DNA from: Planctomycetota bacterium
GTDB lineage: Bacteria; Planctomycetota; GCA-002687715; CAIWVZ01
NCBI GenBank assembly: GCA_044222185.1
Contig: JBGANV010000003.1
Location: 832,727-896,726, forward strand
Reading direction: 5' to 3'
DNA length: 64,000 bases
This document shows, piece by piece, positions 42,624 to 52,133 of the stretch (position 1 is its first letter; every line of letters starts with the position of its first letter). The notes beneath the pieces were generated by a model, which made no database searches, was not told the origin of the DNA, and worked only from the letters and a program-made list of their open reading frames with translations. The position numbers were made by a program, and so were the translations under genes.

Positions 42624-43553
42624 GTGACGACCTCCCCAACAGCCCTGAACGACCTGCTCGCGACGATCCGGCGGCTGCCTCCGCTTCCCAGCGGAATCGC
42701 CCGGCTGATGGCGCTGAGCCCCATCGATTCGGGCTTCTTCGAGACGGCGTGCGTGATCATCCGGGCCGAACCCGCCCTCGCGACGCAGGTTCTGAAGATC
42801 GCGAACTCGGCATTGTTCGCGAGCCAGGCGCCCGTGACGAGCATCGACCGCGCCGTGATCCGCATCGGTGCGCGGATGATCTCGACCATCCTGGCGGAGG
42901 GCCACCTGCAGCACGCGTTCAGCACGCGCGACGACGTCATGGGGCAACTGTGGCTCACGAACTCGTTCGCGGCGAACATGGCCCAGACGGTCACATTGAA
43001 GCACCCGGACCTCGGGATCATTCCTGAAGTCGCATACACCTTCGGGCTTCTCCACGACGTGGGGCGATTGGTGCTCGTGGCGCTCTACAAGAACGCGTCG
43101 AGCGAAGTGATGGAGGAGAATCCCCATCCCCAACTGGAACTCATCCAGAAGGAAGAGGTCGCGTTCGGGGTCAACCACATGATGGCGGGACGCCTGCTCG
43201 GCAACCGCTGGAAGCTGCCCGCCGAGATCACCCTGGTCGTCGCCGCGCATCACACGGAACGATCCACGCGCACGTCCTACCCGCCGGAGTTGAACCGCGC
43301 CATCGACCTCATGGCGCTCGTCGACGAAGTCGTGCATCTGGCGCTCGAGGCGCCGTGCGAGATCGACGAGTTCGAGATGCGCGTCGAGTCCGCACTGGAT
43401 GCCTCCGACTCGGAGGCGATCCTCGAGCCCACGGGACTCTCCCCGCGCCAGGTCGTGGATTGCATACGGCCCGCGCTCGGATTGGTCGAAAAACAGAAAC
43501 AGGTCCTCGGAATCCGGGCCTCGCGCCCGTTGCCCACCCTCTCCAAGGCGTGA
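42624..43553 (+). CDS. HDOD domain protein (paralog 1; start uncertain)
   Basis: LPPLP, EPALATQVLKIANSA, GLLHDVGRLV, WKLP, AAHH. Confidence 0.88.
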   Translation: MTTSPTALNDLLATIRRLPPLPSGIARLMALSPIDSGFFETACVIIRAEPALATQVLKIANSALFASQAPVTSIDRAVIRIGARMISTILAEGHLQHAFSTRDDVMGQLWLTNSFAANMAQTVTLKHPDLGIIPEVAYTFGLLHDVGRLVLVALYKNASSEVMEENPHPQLELIQKEEVAFGVNHMMAGRLLGNRWKLPAEITLVVAAHHTERSTRTSYPPELNRAIDLMALVDEVVHLALEAPCEIDEFEMRVESALDASDSEAILEPTGLSPRQVVDCIRPALGLVEKQKQVLGIRASRPLPTLSKA

Positions 43554-43557
43554 TCGC

Positions 43558-44457
43558 ATGACTTCGACGCGTGACATGGCGCTGCTGCGAGATCTCCTCA
43601 CCCAGATCCGGGGCCTGCCGCCGTTGTCGAACGGCGTGAGCAAGCTCATGGGCCTGAACGGCCAGGATCCGGCCCTGCTCGAGAAGGTCGTCGCCATCAT
43701 CGCCAGCGACACGGCTCTCGCGACGCAGGTGATGAAGATCGCCAACTCGGCGGCATTCACGGGTCAGTCGACCATCGACAGCGTGGAGAAGGCCGTGCTG
43801 CGCGTAGGCGTGCGCATGATCACGGGCACGGTGGCGCAGACGCAGTTGCAGCGCGTCTTCGATCCGCACGACGAGGTGATGACGGAGCTTTGGGTCACGA
43901 ACATCACGGCGGCCTATTTCGCCATGAACCTCGCCGCGGCGAACCCCGCGCTCGACATCGTCCCGGAGACGGCTTACACGTACGCACTCCTCCACGACGT
44001 GGGCCGGCTCGTCATGGCTCACATGCTGGGCGCCGGCCTCGTGGAGTTGCTGGAGGAAGATCCCGATCCTCGCACGAAGCTCTCACGCCGCGAGCGAGCG
44101 CTGTTCGGATTCGACCACGAGACCGCGGGACGGATGCTCGGCAACCAATGGAAACTACCGCCGGACATCACGCTCGTGATCGCTGCCCACCACCTGCCGA
44201 TCGGCCAGCGAGAGGCGTTCCCCGAGAGCACGAACCGCACGATCACGGTCATCGACCTCGCGGATGCGCTGTCCTATCAGGTCCACCTCCACTCCAAGCG
44301 TCGCGAGGAGCTCGAGGAGGACGTCGAGACCCTGATTTGCGATGGGCGCGACGAGGAACTGCGCGAGGAGCTGGGTCTGAGCGTGGAGTCCGTCATCGGC
44401 ACGATCGCGCCGACGCTCGCTGCCGTGGATCGCCAGCGCGTCCTCATGCTCGGGTGA
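43558..44457 (+). CDS. HDOD domain protein (paralog 2)
   Basis: LPPLS, DTALATQVMKIANSA, ALLHDVGRLV, WKLP, AAHH. Confidence 0.9.
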   Translation: MTSTRDMALLRDLLTQIRGLPPLSNGVSKLMGLNGQDPALLEKVVAIIASDTALATQVMKIANSAAFTGQSTIDSVEKAVLRVGVRMITGTVAQTQLQRVFDPHDEVMTELWVTNITAAYFAMNLAAANPALDIVPETAYTYALLHDVGRLVMAHMLGAGLVELLEEDPDPRTKLSRRERALFGFDHETAGRMLGNQWKLPPDITLVIAAHHLPIGQREAFPESTNRTITVIDLADALSYQVHLHSKRREELEEDVETLICDGRDEELREELGLSVESVIGTIAPTLAAVDRQRVLMLG

Positions 44458-44513
44458 CCGTCAACCCGCTCGCGCTTTGAACGTCGTCCCCGCCCCGCGT
44501 ACGGTCGGACGTC

Positions 44514-44888
44514 ATGAAGGACGCCCTGCCGCCGGTCGAAACGTTCGCCAATCCCAATCCACGCCGTGATTTCGTCATCGAACACGTGGCGTCGGAGTTC
44601 ACGTCCGTGTGCCCGAAGACCGGGCATCCCGACTTCGCCACCGTCGTGCTCCGGTACGTCGCCGACAAGGCGTGCCTCGAGCTGAAGAGCCTGAAGCTCT
44701 ACTACCAGAGCTATCGCAACCGCGGCATCTTCTACGAGGCGGTGACGAACGAGATCCTCGATCACCTCGTCTCGTGCTGCCACCCGCGGTGGATGGAGAT
44801 CGAAACGCGTTGGACGGGACGCGGCGGCATCGCGTCGACGATCCGCGCGCGATTCGACGGCAAGCCATCGAAGTCGCCGAAGCGTTGA
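44514..44888 (+). CDS. queF: NADPH-dependent preQ0 reductase (unimodular)
   Basis: EFTSVCPKTGHPDFA, ELKSLKLY, FYE, RGGI. Confidence 0.95.
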   Translation: MKDALPPVETFANPNPRRDFVIEHVASEFTSVCPKTGHPDFATVVLRYVADKACLELKSLKLYYQSYRNRGIFYEAVTNEILDHLVSCCHPRWMEIETRWTGRGGIASTIRARFDGKPSKSPKR

Positions 44889-44910
44889 TCGCACGCGCGA
44901 GACCGCGCCG

Positions 44911-47415
44911 TCAGTAGCCCACGCTCATCCGCTCGGCCCCCGTGAGCCGGATGCCGCTCCCGGTCACGAGCGCGGCCTGAACGTAGGTCGTGAACCCGAT
45001 GATCGAGAGCGTGCTCGGGACCGTCGCCTGAATCTGCGCGCGTCCTGTCGTCGACAACACGCCCGAACCGAGCAGCGAGAGCCCGGCGGGATCCAACAAG
45101 AGCGTACCCATGGGCGCGAGCGGAATCGTCGACGGACCCGGCGACGCGAACACGAACCACGGCGCAAGCGGCGGTCCGGCAAGTTCCAACGACGTGGGCC
45201 GGCCCGCACGCACGGGCGCGCCGCGTGCGAGGTTCCGCGCGAGATTGGTGGCAATGCGGGGGCCGGCGAGCACCAGGTCTTCGTCGCCATCTCGATCGAG
45301 ATCGGCGTGCACGAGTGGGACGGCAGGCGTGGGCAACGACTCCCACGTCGGGAACGCGCCACCCGGCGCGCCGCGATACAACCGCCCCTGGTCGTCGATC
45401 ACGTCGACGATGCCATCCCCGTCCACGTCGAAGGCGGTCGTCGCGAGAGACGGGTCGGCACCGGTCGGCAAGGTGTTGCCCACGACGAACGTGCCGGTTC
45501 CTGCATTCCACCAGAGTTGCCCGCCCATCAGCAGGTCCGCATCGCCGTCTCCGTCGAGGTCCGCCGCCGTCACGTGGAACGGGAGGACCGATCCGACGAG
45601 AACGGCGCCCGTCGTGAAGTGCGCGGTCCCGTCGTTCAGATAGACGATGGCGGATGCGGTCGAAGCGCCGGGAAGTCCAAGCCCGGCGACGATGTCGAGG
45701 TCGCCGTCCCGGTCCAGATCCGAGAGGACGATTTCGCTGAGTCCGGAGGGAGCTGCGAATCCCGTCGCAGGCCAGGTGATCGCCGCCGCCCCGACGTTCA
45801 GCGCCACGACGATTGCCGGCCCCGTCGCCCCGACGAGGTCCTCCAGTCCGTCGCCGTCCATGTCACCTGCGACGATCGGGACGGTGGAATTGAGCGACAC
45901 CGTCGCGCCAGCCACCCACGTACCGGGCCCGGAGCTGACGAGGATCCGCGCCGGGGTCAGGGTGAGGGGCAGCACGCACGCGAGGTCGGTGAACCCGTCG
46001 TGGTTGACGTCGACGGGAGTGAGTCTGCACGGGAAGGGCGCGGGCGTCACCGGGAACGCGACCGAGGCGTCCGGCGCAAGGTTCCCGCGGCCGTCGTTGC
46101 GCAAGACCCGCGGGATCGCGCCAGCGGCGATGTGTTCGCTGTAGAGGAGGTCGACCGCGCCGTCCCCGTTGGCGTCGGCTGGGATCAGCCCCGCGGCCGA
46201 CCCTGCACTGGTCACGGTGCCGAGGGCAGCCGACAGATGCCCCTGCAGATCGTTGAACCCGGGCCGCAGTCCCTGCGGCGTCTCCACGACGATGTCCAGA
46301 TCGGCGTCGCCGTCGAAGTCCCCAACGGCGCTGCGTCCCATGGACGGGACGTAGATCGTCGTCGCGGCCGACAGCGACGACGTCGAGATGGGCACCAGCG
46401 CTCCCGCGTTTCCCGCGGGCCGCGGGTAGACGAACACGCCAGCCTTGTCGGACACGACCACGTCGGCCTGGAAGTCACCCGTTACGTCGGCGAGCCACGC
46501 CTGGCACGCGCCTCCGTGAGTCGACGTTCCCGCGAGCGTGAACGTCCCACTGCCGACTCCGCGAAGGAACTCGATCTGTGTCGCTCCGATTCCTGCCGGA
46601 CGCACGACCGAGAAGAGGAGATCGGGAACGAGATCGCCGTCGGCATCTCGCACGTCGAACGTCTCACCGCGGACCGGCGTCCCCGGAAGGATCACCGGTG
46701 GCGACGGGAACGTCCCCCCTCCGGAGTTGCGCAGCACGATTCGCGTGGGCGCTGCCGGGGCGGTGCCGCCGCTCGGCTGATTCGCGCAGACGATGTCGGG
46801 GAAGAGATCCCCATCGACGTCGACGAGCGCGGTCCAGACGGAAACGACCTGGGTTGCCGGCGATGGACTCGGCGTGAAGACTCCGCCCGAATTCCGCCAG
46901 ATCTCGATGGGCCCGGGATTGAACCCGCCCGGGACCTGCACCGGATGAGTCATGACGACATCCAGATCGCCGTCGCGGTCGAGATCGGCGAGGACGACGT
47001 CGCTCGTGACCGTCGAGATCGGCGTCGGCAACGGCGTGACGGAGAGGACGAACACACCACCGCCCAGGTTGATCCAGATTCGCGGCACGCCGAGGAAGAC
47101 GCCGAACAGGTCGACGAGGCCGTCGCCATCGAGATCGCCCAGCGCCGCTTGCGGGCGCAGGAGTCCGTCCTGCACCAGGAACCCGCCCTGCGGTTGGGCC
47201 ACGGCGGTGAACACCCCGTGGCCGTCGTTCAATCGAACGCCGTTCGTGGTGACCACGTCGACATCCCCGTCCCCATCCAGGTCGGCGACGCCGATCAACC
47301 CGTCACCGGGTGGAAACGACTCGCGCAGGACGGCAAACGGCGCGATCGGGCCCTGCGCGCCAGCCAGTTCGATCACGAACCAGAGCCCGAGGATGATGGA
47401 GATCGGATGACGCAT
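44911..47415 (-). CDS. Secreted FG-GAP/VCBS-repeat protein with shared C-terminal domain
   Basis: Signal peptide MRHPISIILGLWFVIELAGAQ; many DLDGDGDxD repeats. Confidence 0.88.
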   Translation of the reverse strand: MRHPISIILGLWFVIELAGAQGPIAPFAVLRESFPPGDGLIGVADLDGDGDVDVVTTNGVRLNDGHGVFTAVAQPQGGFLVQDGLLRPQAALGDLDGDGLVDLFGVFLGVPRIWINLGGGVFVLSVTPLPTPISTVTSDVVLADLDRDGDLDVVMTHPVQVPGGFNPGPIEIWRNSGGVFTPSPSPATQVVSVWTALVDVDGDLFPDIVCANQPSGGTAPAAPTRIVLRNSGGGTFPSPPVILPGTPVRGETFDVRDADGDLVPDLLFSVVRPAGIGATQIEFLRGVGSGTFTLAGTSTHGGACQAWLADVTGDFQADVVVSDKAGVFVYPRPAGNAGALVPISTSSLSAATTIYVPSMGRSAVGDFDGDADLDIVVETPQGLRPGFNDLQGHLSAALGTVTSAGSAAGLIPADANGDGAVDLLYSEHIAAGAIPRVLRNDGRGNLAPDASVAFPVTPAPFPCRLTPVDVNHDGFTDLACVLPLTLTPARILVSSGPGTWVAGATVSLNSTVPIVAGDMDGDGLEDLVGATGPAIVVALNVGAAAITWPATGFAAPSGLSEIVLSDLDRDGDLDIVAGLGLPGASTASAIVYLNDGTAHFTTGAVLVGSVLPFHVTAADLDGDGDADLLMGGQLWWNAGTGTFVVGNTLPTGADPSLATTAFDVDGDGIVDVIDDQGRLYRGAPGGAFPTWESLPTPAVPLVHADLDRDGDEDLVLAGPRIATNLARNLARGAPVRAGRPTSLELAGPPLAPWFVFASPGPSTIPLAPMGTLLLDPAGLSLLGSGVLSTTGRAQIQATVPSTLSIIGFTTYVQAALVTGSGIRLTGAERMSVGY

Positions 47416-47784
47416 GGGATTCTTGGTGGACTCGGGTCGCGGGTCGCAGGTCACATGTGCCGGAGTGCAAACCGCAAGCCGGACCCGAGCGGACGGCGGG
47501 AAGGCGCTCGGCTTTCGGGCCGATCTCGACGAGCCGAGGGCCCATGCGGCAATCGCATTCAGTTACTCACAGGTAACGAGCAGGGGCCGAGTGCGGTTCA
47601 GATGTTCCCGAGGCGCAGCACAGGGCCGCTGACGTCGGCATGATCCTCGGAAGCCACGCTCGCGAACTCACCTCGGTCGGGCCGATCGAGACGACCGGCG
47701 GTCCCGCCGCACGCACGCCCGCTTCGCGTGCGGTCGTCCGGCGCTCCATCGCGGGTTTGCCGTCTTGCCGCGCAAGGAGCGTCA

Positions 47785-48765
47785 TCAGCGAGCGTGTCGA
47801 TCGATGGCGTCGCGCAGCGCCTCCTCGAATCGCGCACGCAGTCCTCCGTTTGCCCACGCGACGAACCCGACGTCGGTCGAGAGATCGAGTGGCGGATCGA
47901 GCGGCGCGCCCCGCTCGTCCGTCACGGGCAGACCGGCCTCCTCCAGGATGACGGCCGCGAGCACGTCGTAGGGGTGGGCGCACATCAGGCGGTCTCCCCG
48001 CCGGTCGCGGAACAGTGGACGCAGGTCTGCCACGAACCGATCGCGACCTGTCAGCAGCGCGTGGCATTGCCCCCCGTTCGAGATGAACTGGTCCTCGAAG
48101 ATCGCAGCGCAGGAGAGCGGATCGATCTCCGCCACACGGTCGAAGAACGACTCCGAGAGCGCGCCGATCCGATCCGCGGCGCCGGCGAAGAACCGGCTGA
48201 ACGAGGCGAACCCGTGCGCGAAGGTCGTCGCCGTGCTCGGTGCGGGCGAAAGCGGTACACGTGTCCCCATCACAACGTTCTCGGTGAACCCACGCACGCC
48301 CGCGCCGCGCGTCGCGGCAAAGACGTCGGACAGGTCCGATCGGGACGTGGGGATCTCGACCATGACGGCACACGTGACGTCGCGCAGCCGCGCGCCGTCG
48401 CGGTCCGGTGCGATGGCGGCGAGCACGAATGCGCTGCGCTTGTCGTGCATGAGCCCCCGCGTGCCGTCGATGGGATCGATGACGAGAAGGCGCCGGTTGC
48501 CGCCGCAGCCCAGGACCACGCCCTCGGGCCGGGTGCCCTCGGCCAGGAGGCGGATCGGCCCGTCCGAGAACCGTTCCGCCGCCAGTTCCGCCAGTCCTTC
48601 CTCCGAAACCCGGTCGATGGCGTATTGGAGATCCCCCGTCGCCTGGCCCGCGGGAGATGCCAGATCCACGCCAGGCTTCGAGCGGTGTGCGGCGACGACC
48701 CGGTCGCGAATCGCGCGGGCCAGGTCGACGAGTGCGGTCTGCGTTGGGTCGGGTTCGGTCGTCAC
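47785..48765 (-). CDS. Inositol monophosphatase/FIG superfamily protein
   Basis: GDLQYAIDRVSE, AEG, IDPIDGT, HPYDV (variant of WD), EEAG. Confidence 0.8.
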   Translation of the reverse strand: MTTEPDPTQTALVDLARAIRDRVVAAHRSKPGVDLASPAGQATGDLQYAIDRVSEEGLAELAAERFSDGPIRLLAEGTRPEGVVLGCGGNRRLLVIDPIDGTRGLMHDKRSAFVLAAIAPDRDGARLRDVTCAVMVEIPTSRSDLSDVFAATRGAGVRGFTENVVMGTRVPLSPAPSTATTFAHGFASFSRFFAGAADRIGALSESFFDRVAEIDPLSCAAIFEDQFISNGGQCHALLTGRDRFVADLRPLFRDRRGDRLMCAHPYDVLAAVILEEAGLPVTDERGAPLDPPLDLSTDVGFVAWANGGLRARFEEALRDAIDRHAR

Positions 48766-48867
48766 GTGATCCTGAAGGCTTGGCGAAGCGTCCCCGCTTC
48801 GCGCGGCAACAGGATACAATCGCCCCGCATTCCCAACCGGAACCGCCGCCGAAGGAAAGGATGAGAC

Positions 48868-51036
48868 ATGTCAGCGAGAGGCTCATTGATCGCCGTCCTG
48901 CTGCTCTCGAGCGCAGTCGCCCACGCCCAAGACCTCGCCATCGCGAAGGCCGCCGCGCGAGTCGACGCGATCCAATGGATGACCGACGGTTTCAACGCGC
49001 CTGACCCGGGCGGGCCCCAGCCGGTGCTTCCGAAGACGACGGTCGACCGCAACAAACTGCTGGATGAGGCGCTCGCCCGTGCGGCCGCCGAGAAGAAGCT
49101 CGTGTTCTGGTACATGCCCCGCATCGAGGGCGTGCAGATGTACCGGTCCCCGCTGCTCGACGACTACATGAAGGTCGTCGCGTTCACGGATCGCCTGCTG
49201 CCGAAGCTCATCGAATCCCGTTTCGTGCCCGTCCGCATGGCGTGCAGCAAGGACCTCCAGAAACGCACGGGCATCAAGAACGTGGACTGGATCGAGCCGG
49301 CGATCGTCGTCATGAAGCCGGACGGAACGATCATCCATCGCCTGGACGGGATCCGGACTTTCAACGCGGACTACTTCCGGCAGGTGCTCATGGCCCTGCT
49401 GAAGCAGCAACCCGAACTGGCGCCGGTTCCGGCGTCGGTGGTCGATGAGACGAAGGCGGCAGAGGCCGACTTCTCGAAGGCCGCGACCGCGACCTTCGAC
49501 GCAGTCGCCGCGGGCTTCGACGAAGGCGCCGAACGCATCGGCCGTGCGCTGATCGAAAAGGGCCCGAACGACGTCATGAAAGCCCACGGCTGGTTCGTCA
49601 TCGCGGTCGTGAAGCGACTCTCCCACGAGATCCAGGACGCGATGGCCGCGCTCGACTCGGCTGCGAAGCTCGGCGGTGAAGATGCCGAGCTGAAGGGCTA
49701 CATCGCCACCGAGCGCGGGCTCGTCGCGCTCCGCACGGGCGATCTCGTCGCCGCCGCAAGCCACCTGGATGACGCGTCCGCCGCCGCGGCAAACCCCCGT
49801 GCCGCCGAGGCCCGCTACCTCACGGCCCAGGTCCAGATCCTCACGGGCAAGTCCCGTCAGGCCGAATCCACGTTCCGCGACGTCGTGAACCGTTGGCCCG
49901 ATTCCTCGTTCGCAGCCCAGTCGGCGACGAACCTCCTCGTGGGCCGCGACACCACGCCGATCGGCCCCGCGTTCCACGCCTTCGAAGACCCGTTCTTCCC
50001 GCCGGACGCCGTCTGCAAGGTGCTCGCATCCAACACGACGATGAAGCGAACGATGGCGCAATCGGACGACGCCGTCCAACGCGCGGTGGCGTTCCTGCTG
50101 CGCCGCCAGGGGTCGGACGGGGGCTGGACCGATTCGCGGTACGCATACTGGTCCACACCCCGCATCCTGCCGAACGCATGGACGGCCATCTCGGCCATCG
50201 CCATGTCGGGCCTGCTCGACTGGCGCGAGGTGAACCCGGACGCCATCGACAAGGCACTGAAGAAGGGTGAGGCGTTCATCCTGAACGAGGACAGCCTCGC
50301 GCGCGGGCACAACGAGGAGTGCTACGCCGACGCGTTCCGTCTCGTTTATCTGAGCAAACGCATGGCTGCCGGCGTCAGCGACAAGAAGCATTACGACAAG
50401 TACCACGAGGCCATGACGCGGATCGTGAAGGACCTGGCGCGCCAGCAGTCGGAGAAGGGGTTCTTCGCTCACGAGTACTCGAACCCGTTCACCACGGGCG
50501 CCGTCGCCGTCGCGCTCGATTACGCGCGGCAGGTCGGCATCGCGGTGCCGGATGCCCTGTTCGCGGAGGCCGCCAAGGCGCTGAATTCCGTCCGCTCGGA
50601 TGAGGGCGCGTTCGCCTACGGCGCAGGCCGTGCACCGCGAAACGGCGAGGATTCGCTGAAGAACGCCATGGCCCGGATGCCGGTCTGCGAGCGCGCCCTG
50701 CTGATCGCCAAGCCCGGCGAGACGAAGGCACTCGAGGCCGCCATGGACAACTACTGGAAGTTCATGCCGCGATTCGAGCGCGTCCGGCTGTGCGATTACC
50801 ACACGGACGGCGAACTGGCCGGGTTCTTCTTCTGGCACGCGACGTGGGGCACGTCGGAAGCCCTGAAGGGACTCCCCGCCGACAAACGAGCCGCCCACGA
50901 GCAGAAGCTCGCCGAGCAGATCCTCTCCATCGGCGAGTTCGATGGGAGCTTCATCGACAGCCACGAGATGGGCAAGAGCTACGGAACCGGCATGGCCCTG
51001 ATGACGCTGAAGAACGTCCTCCAGAAGAAGCCCTGA
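48868..51036 (+). CDS. Secreted multidomain protein: thioredoxin-like fold, TPR-like helices, prenyltransferase/squalene-oxidase-repeat alpha/alpha toroid
   Basis: Signal peptide (AHAQ); ALARAAAEKKLVFWY...RFVPVR; AEARYL...VVNRWPDS; QGSDGGW, QSEKGFF, EFDGSFID repeats. Confidence 0.7.
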   Translation: MSARGSLIAVLLLSSAVAHAQDLAIAKAAARVDAIQWMTDGFNAPDPGGPQPVLPKTTVDRNKLLDEALARAAAEKKLVFWYMPRIEGVQMYRSPLLDDYMKVVAFTDRLLPKLIESRFVPVRMACSKDLQKRTGIKNVDWIEPAIVVMKPDGTIIHRLDGIRTFNADYFRQVLMALLKQQPELAPVPASVVDETKAAEADFSKAATATFDAVAAGFDEGAERIGRALIEKGPNDVMKAHGWFVIAVVKRLSHEIQDAMAALDSAAKLGGEDAELKGYIATERGLVALRTGDLVAAASHLDDASAAAANPRAAEARYLTAQVQILTGKSRQAESTFRDVVNRWPDSSFAAQSATNLLVGRDTTPIGPAFHAFEDPFFPPDAVCKVLASNTTMKRTMAQSDDAVQRAVAFLLRRQGSDGGWTDSRYAYWSTPRILPNAWTAISAIAMSGLLDWREVNPDAIDKALKKGEAFILNEDSLARGHNEECYADAFRLVYLSKRMAAGVSDKKHYDKYHEAMTRIVKDLARQQSEKGFFAHEYSNPFTTGAVAVALDYARQVGIAVPDALFAEAAKALNSVRSDEGAFAYGAGRAPRNGEDSLKNAMARMPVCERALLIAKPGETKALEAAMDNYWKFMPRFERVRLCDYHTDGELAGFFFWHATWGTSEALKGLPADKRAAHEQKLAEQILSIGEFDGSFIDSHEMGKSYGTGMALMTLKNVLQKKP

Positions 51037-51041
51037 CCCTC

Positions 51042-52109
51042 GTGGCACTCGCTCCTCCGCGAAAGTCATTGATCGGCGCTCCACCGGGGGAACTGCGCCT
51101 CCCGGACGAGCTCCTCTACGCCGGGATTCCACGCGTCACGGTCACGATCTACGACCAGGCGCACGTGGACTCGCGAACCATCCAGAGGCTCGACGAGATG
51201 CCCGTGGACGTCGAGCCGGGGAAGGTGCTGTGGATCTCGGTCGAGGGCCTGGCCGATCTGGGTGTCTTCCGTCACCTGATGAAGACGTTTGGAATCCACC
51301 CCCTCGCCATCGAAGACACGCTCTCGCGCCGCTCGCGCCCAAAGACCGAGTCGCACCACGACGTGATCAACATCATCGCCGTCGACCCGCTCACGAGCGA
51401 CTCCAACGATCTCGGAAACGTCGAACTCGTGTCGCTGTTCCTGGGTGACGGCTGGGTGATCTCCGTGGAGGATTCGCCGGGCGACACCTTCGAGGCCGTG
51501 CACTACCGCATCCGCCATCCGGGAAGCCGCCTGCGTCGGGGCGGCCCGGATACCCTCCTGCAAGCCCTCGTCGACACGCTGGTCGACCGGTTCTTCCCCG
51601 TCCTCGACTCGTTCGCGGAGCGACTCGAGGCCGCCGACGAAGCCGTGGGAACGAGCGCCGACCTCGTGGGCGTGAGCCAGGAGCTGCACTCGCTGCGCCA
51701 GGCTCTGCAGAACCTGCGCCGCTACGCGTGGCCCATGCGCGAAGCCGTGAACGCGCTCGTGCGGTCCGACTTCAAGCAGATCAACGAAACGCTCAACCCG
51801 TACTTCCTCGACGTGAGCGACCACCTCGCGCAGGTCATCGATCAAGTGGAAATGCTGCGCGAGCAAGCGACGTCGATCCGCGACCTCCATTTCTCGGCCG
51901 TCAACACCAAGATGAACGAGGTGATGCGGAACCTCACGGTCGTCTCGACGATCTTCCTGCCGCTCACGTGGATCGCCGGCGTCTACGGCATGAACTTCGA
52001 TGCCATGCCGGAACTCCACCACCCGCTCGGGTACTTCATCTGTCTTGGCGTCATGGTGATCGTCGGAGCCGCGAGCTTCTGGTGGTTCCGCCGGCGCAAG
52101 TGGGTGTGA
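51042..52109 (+). CDS. corA: Magnesium/cobalt transporter CorA
   Basis: IHPLAIED, RPKTE, C-terminal TMs with YGMNF and MPEL. Confidence 0.93.
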   Translation: MALAPPRKSLIGAPPGELRLPDELLYAGIPRVTVTIYDQAHVDSRTIQRLDEMPVDVEPGKVLWISVEGLADLGVFRHLMKTFGIHPLAIEDTLSRRSRPKTESHHDVINIIAVDPLTSDSNDLGNVELVSLFLGDGWVISVEDSPGDTFEAVHYRIRHPGSRLRRGGPDTLLQALVDTLVDRFFPVLDSFAERLEAADEAVGTSADLVGVSQELHSLRQALQNLRRYAWPMREAVNALVRSDFKQINETLNPYFLDVSDHLAQVIDQVEMLREQATSIRDLHFSAVNTKMNEVMRNLTVVSTIFLPLTWIAGVYGMNFDAMPELHHPLGYFICLGVMVIVGAASFWWFRRRKWV

Positions 52110-52133
52110 GCCGAACCCGCCGAGAACGACCTC

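Noticed and set aside
44458-44513. preQ1 riboswitch upstream of queF
   Set aside because: The 56-bp GC-rich gap lacks the preQ1 stem-loop and A-rich tail.
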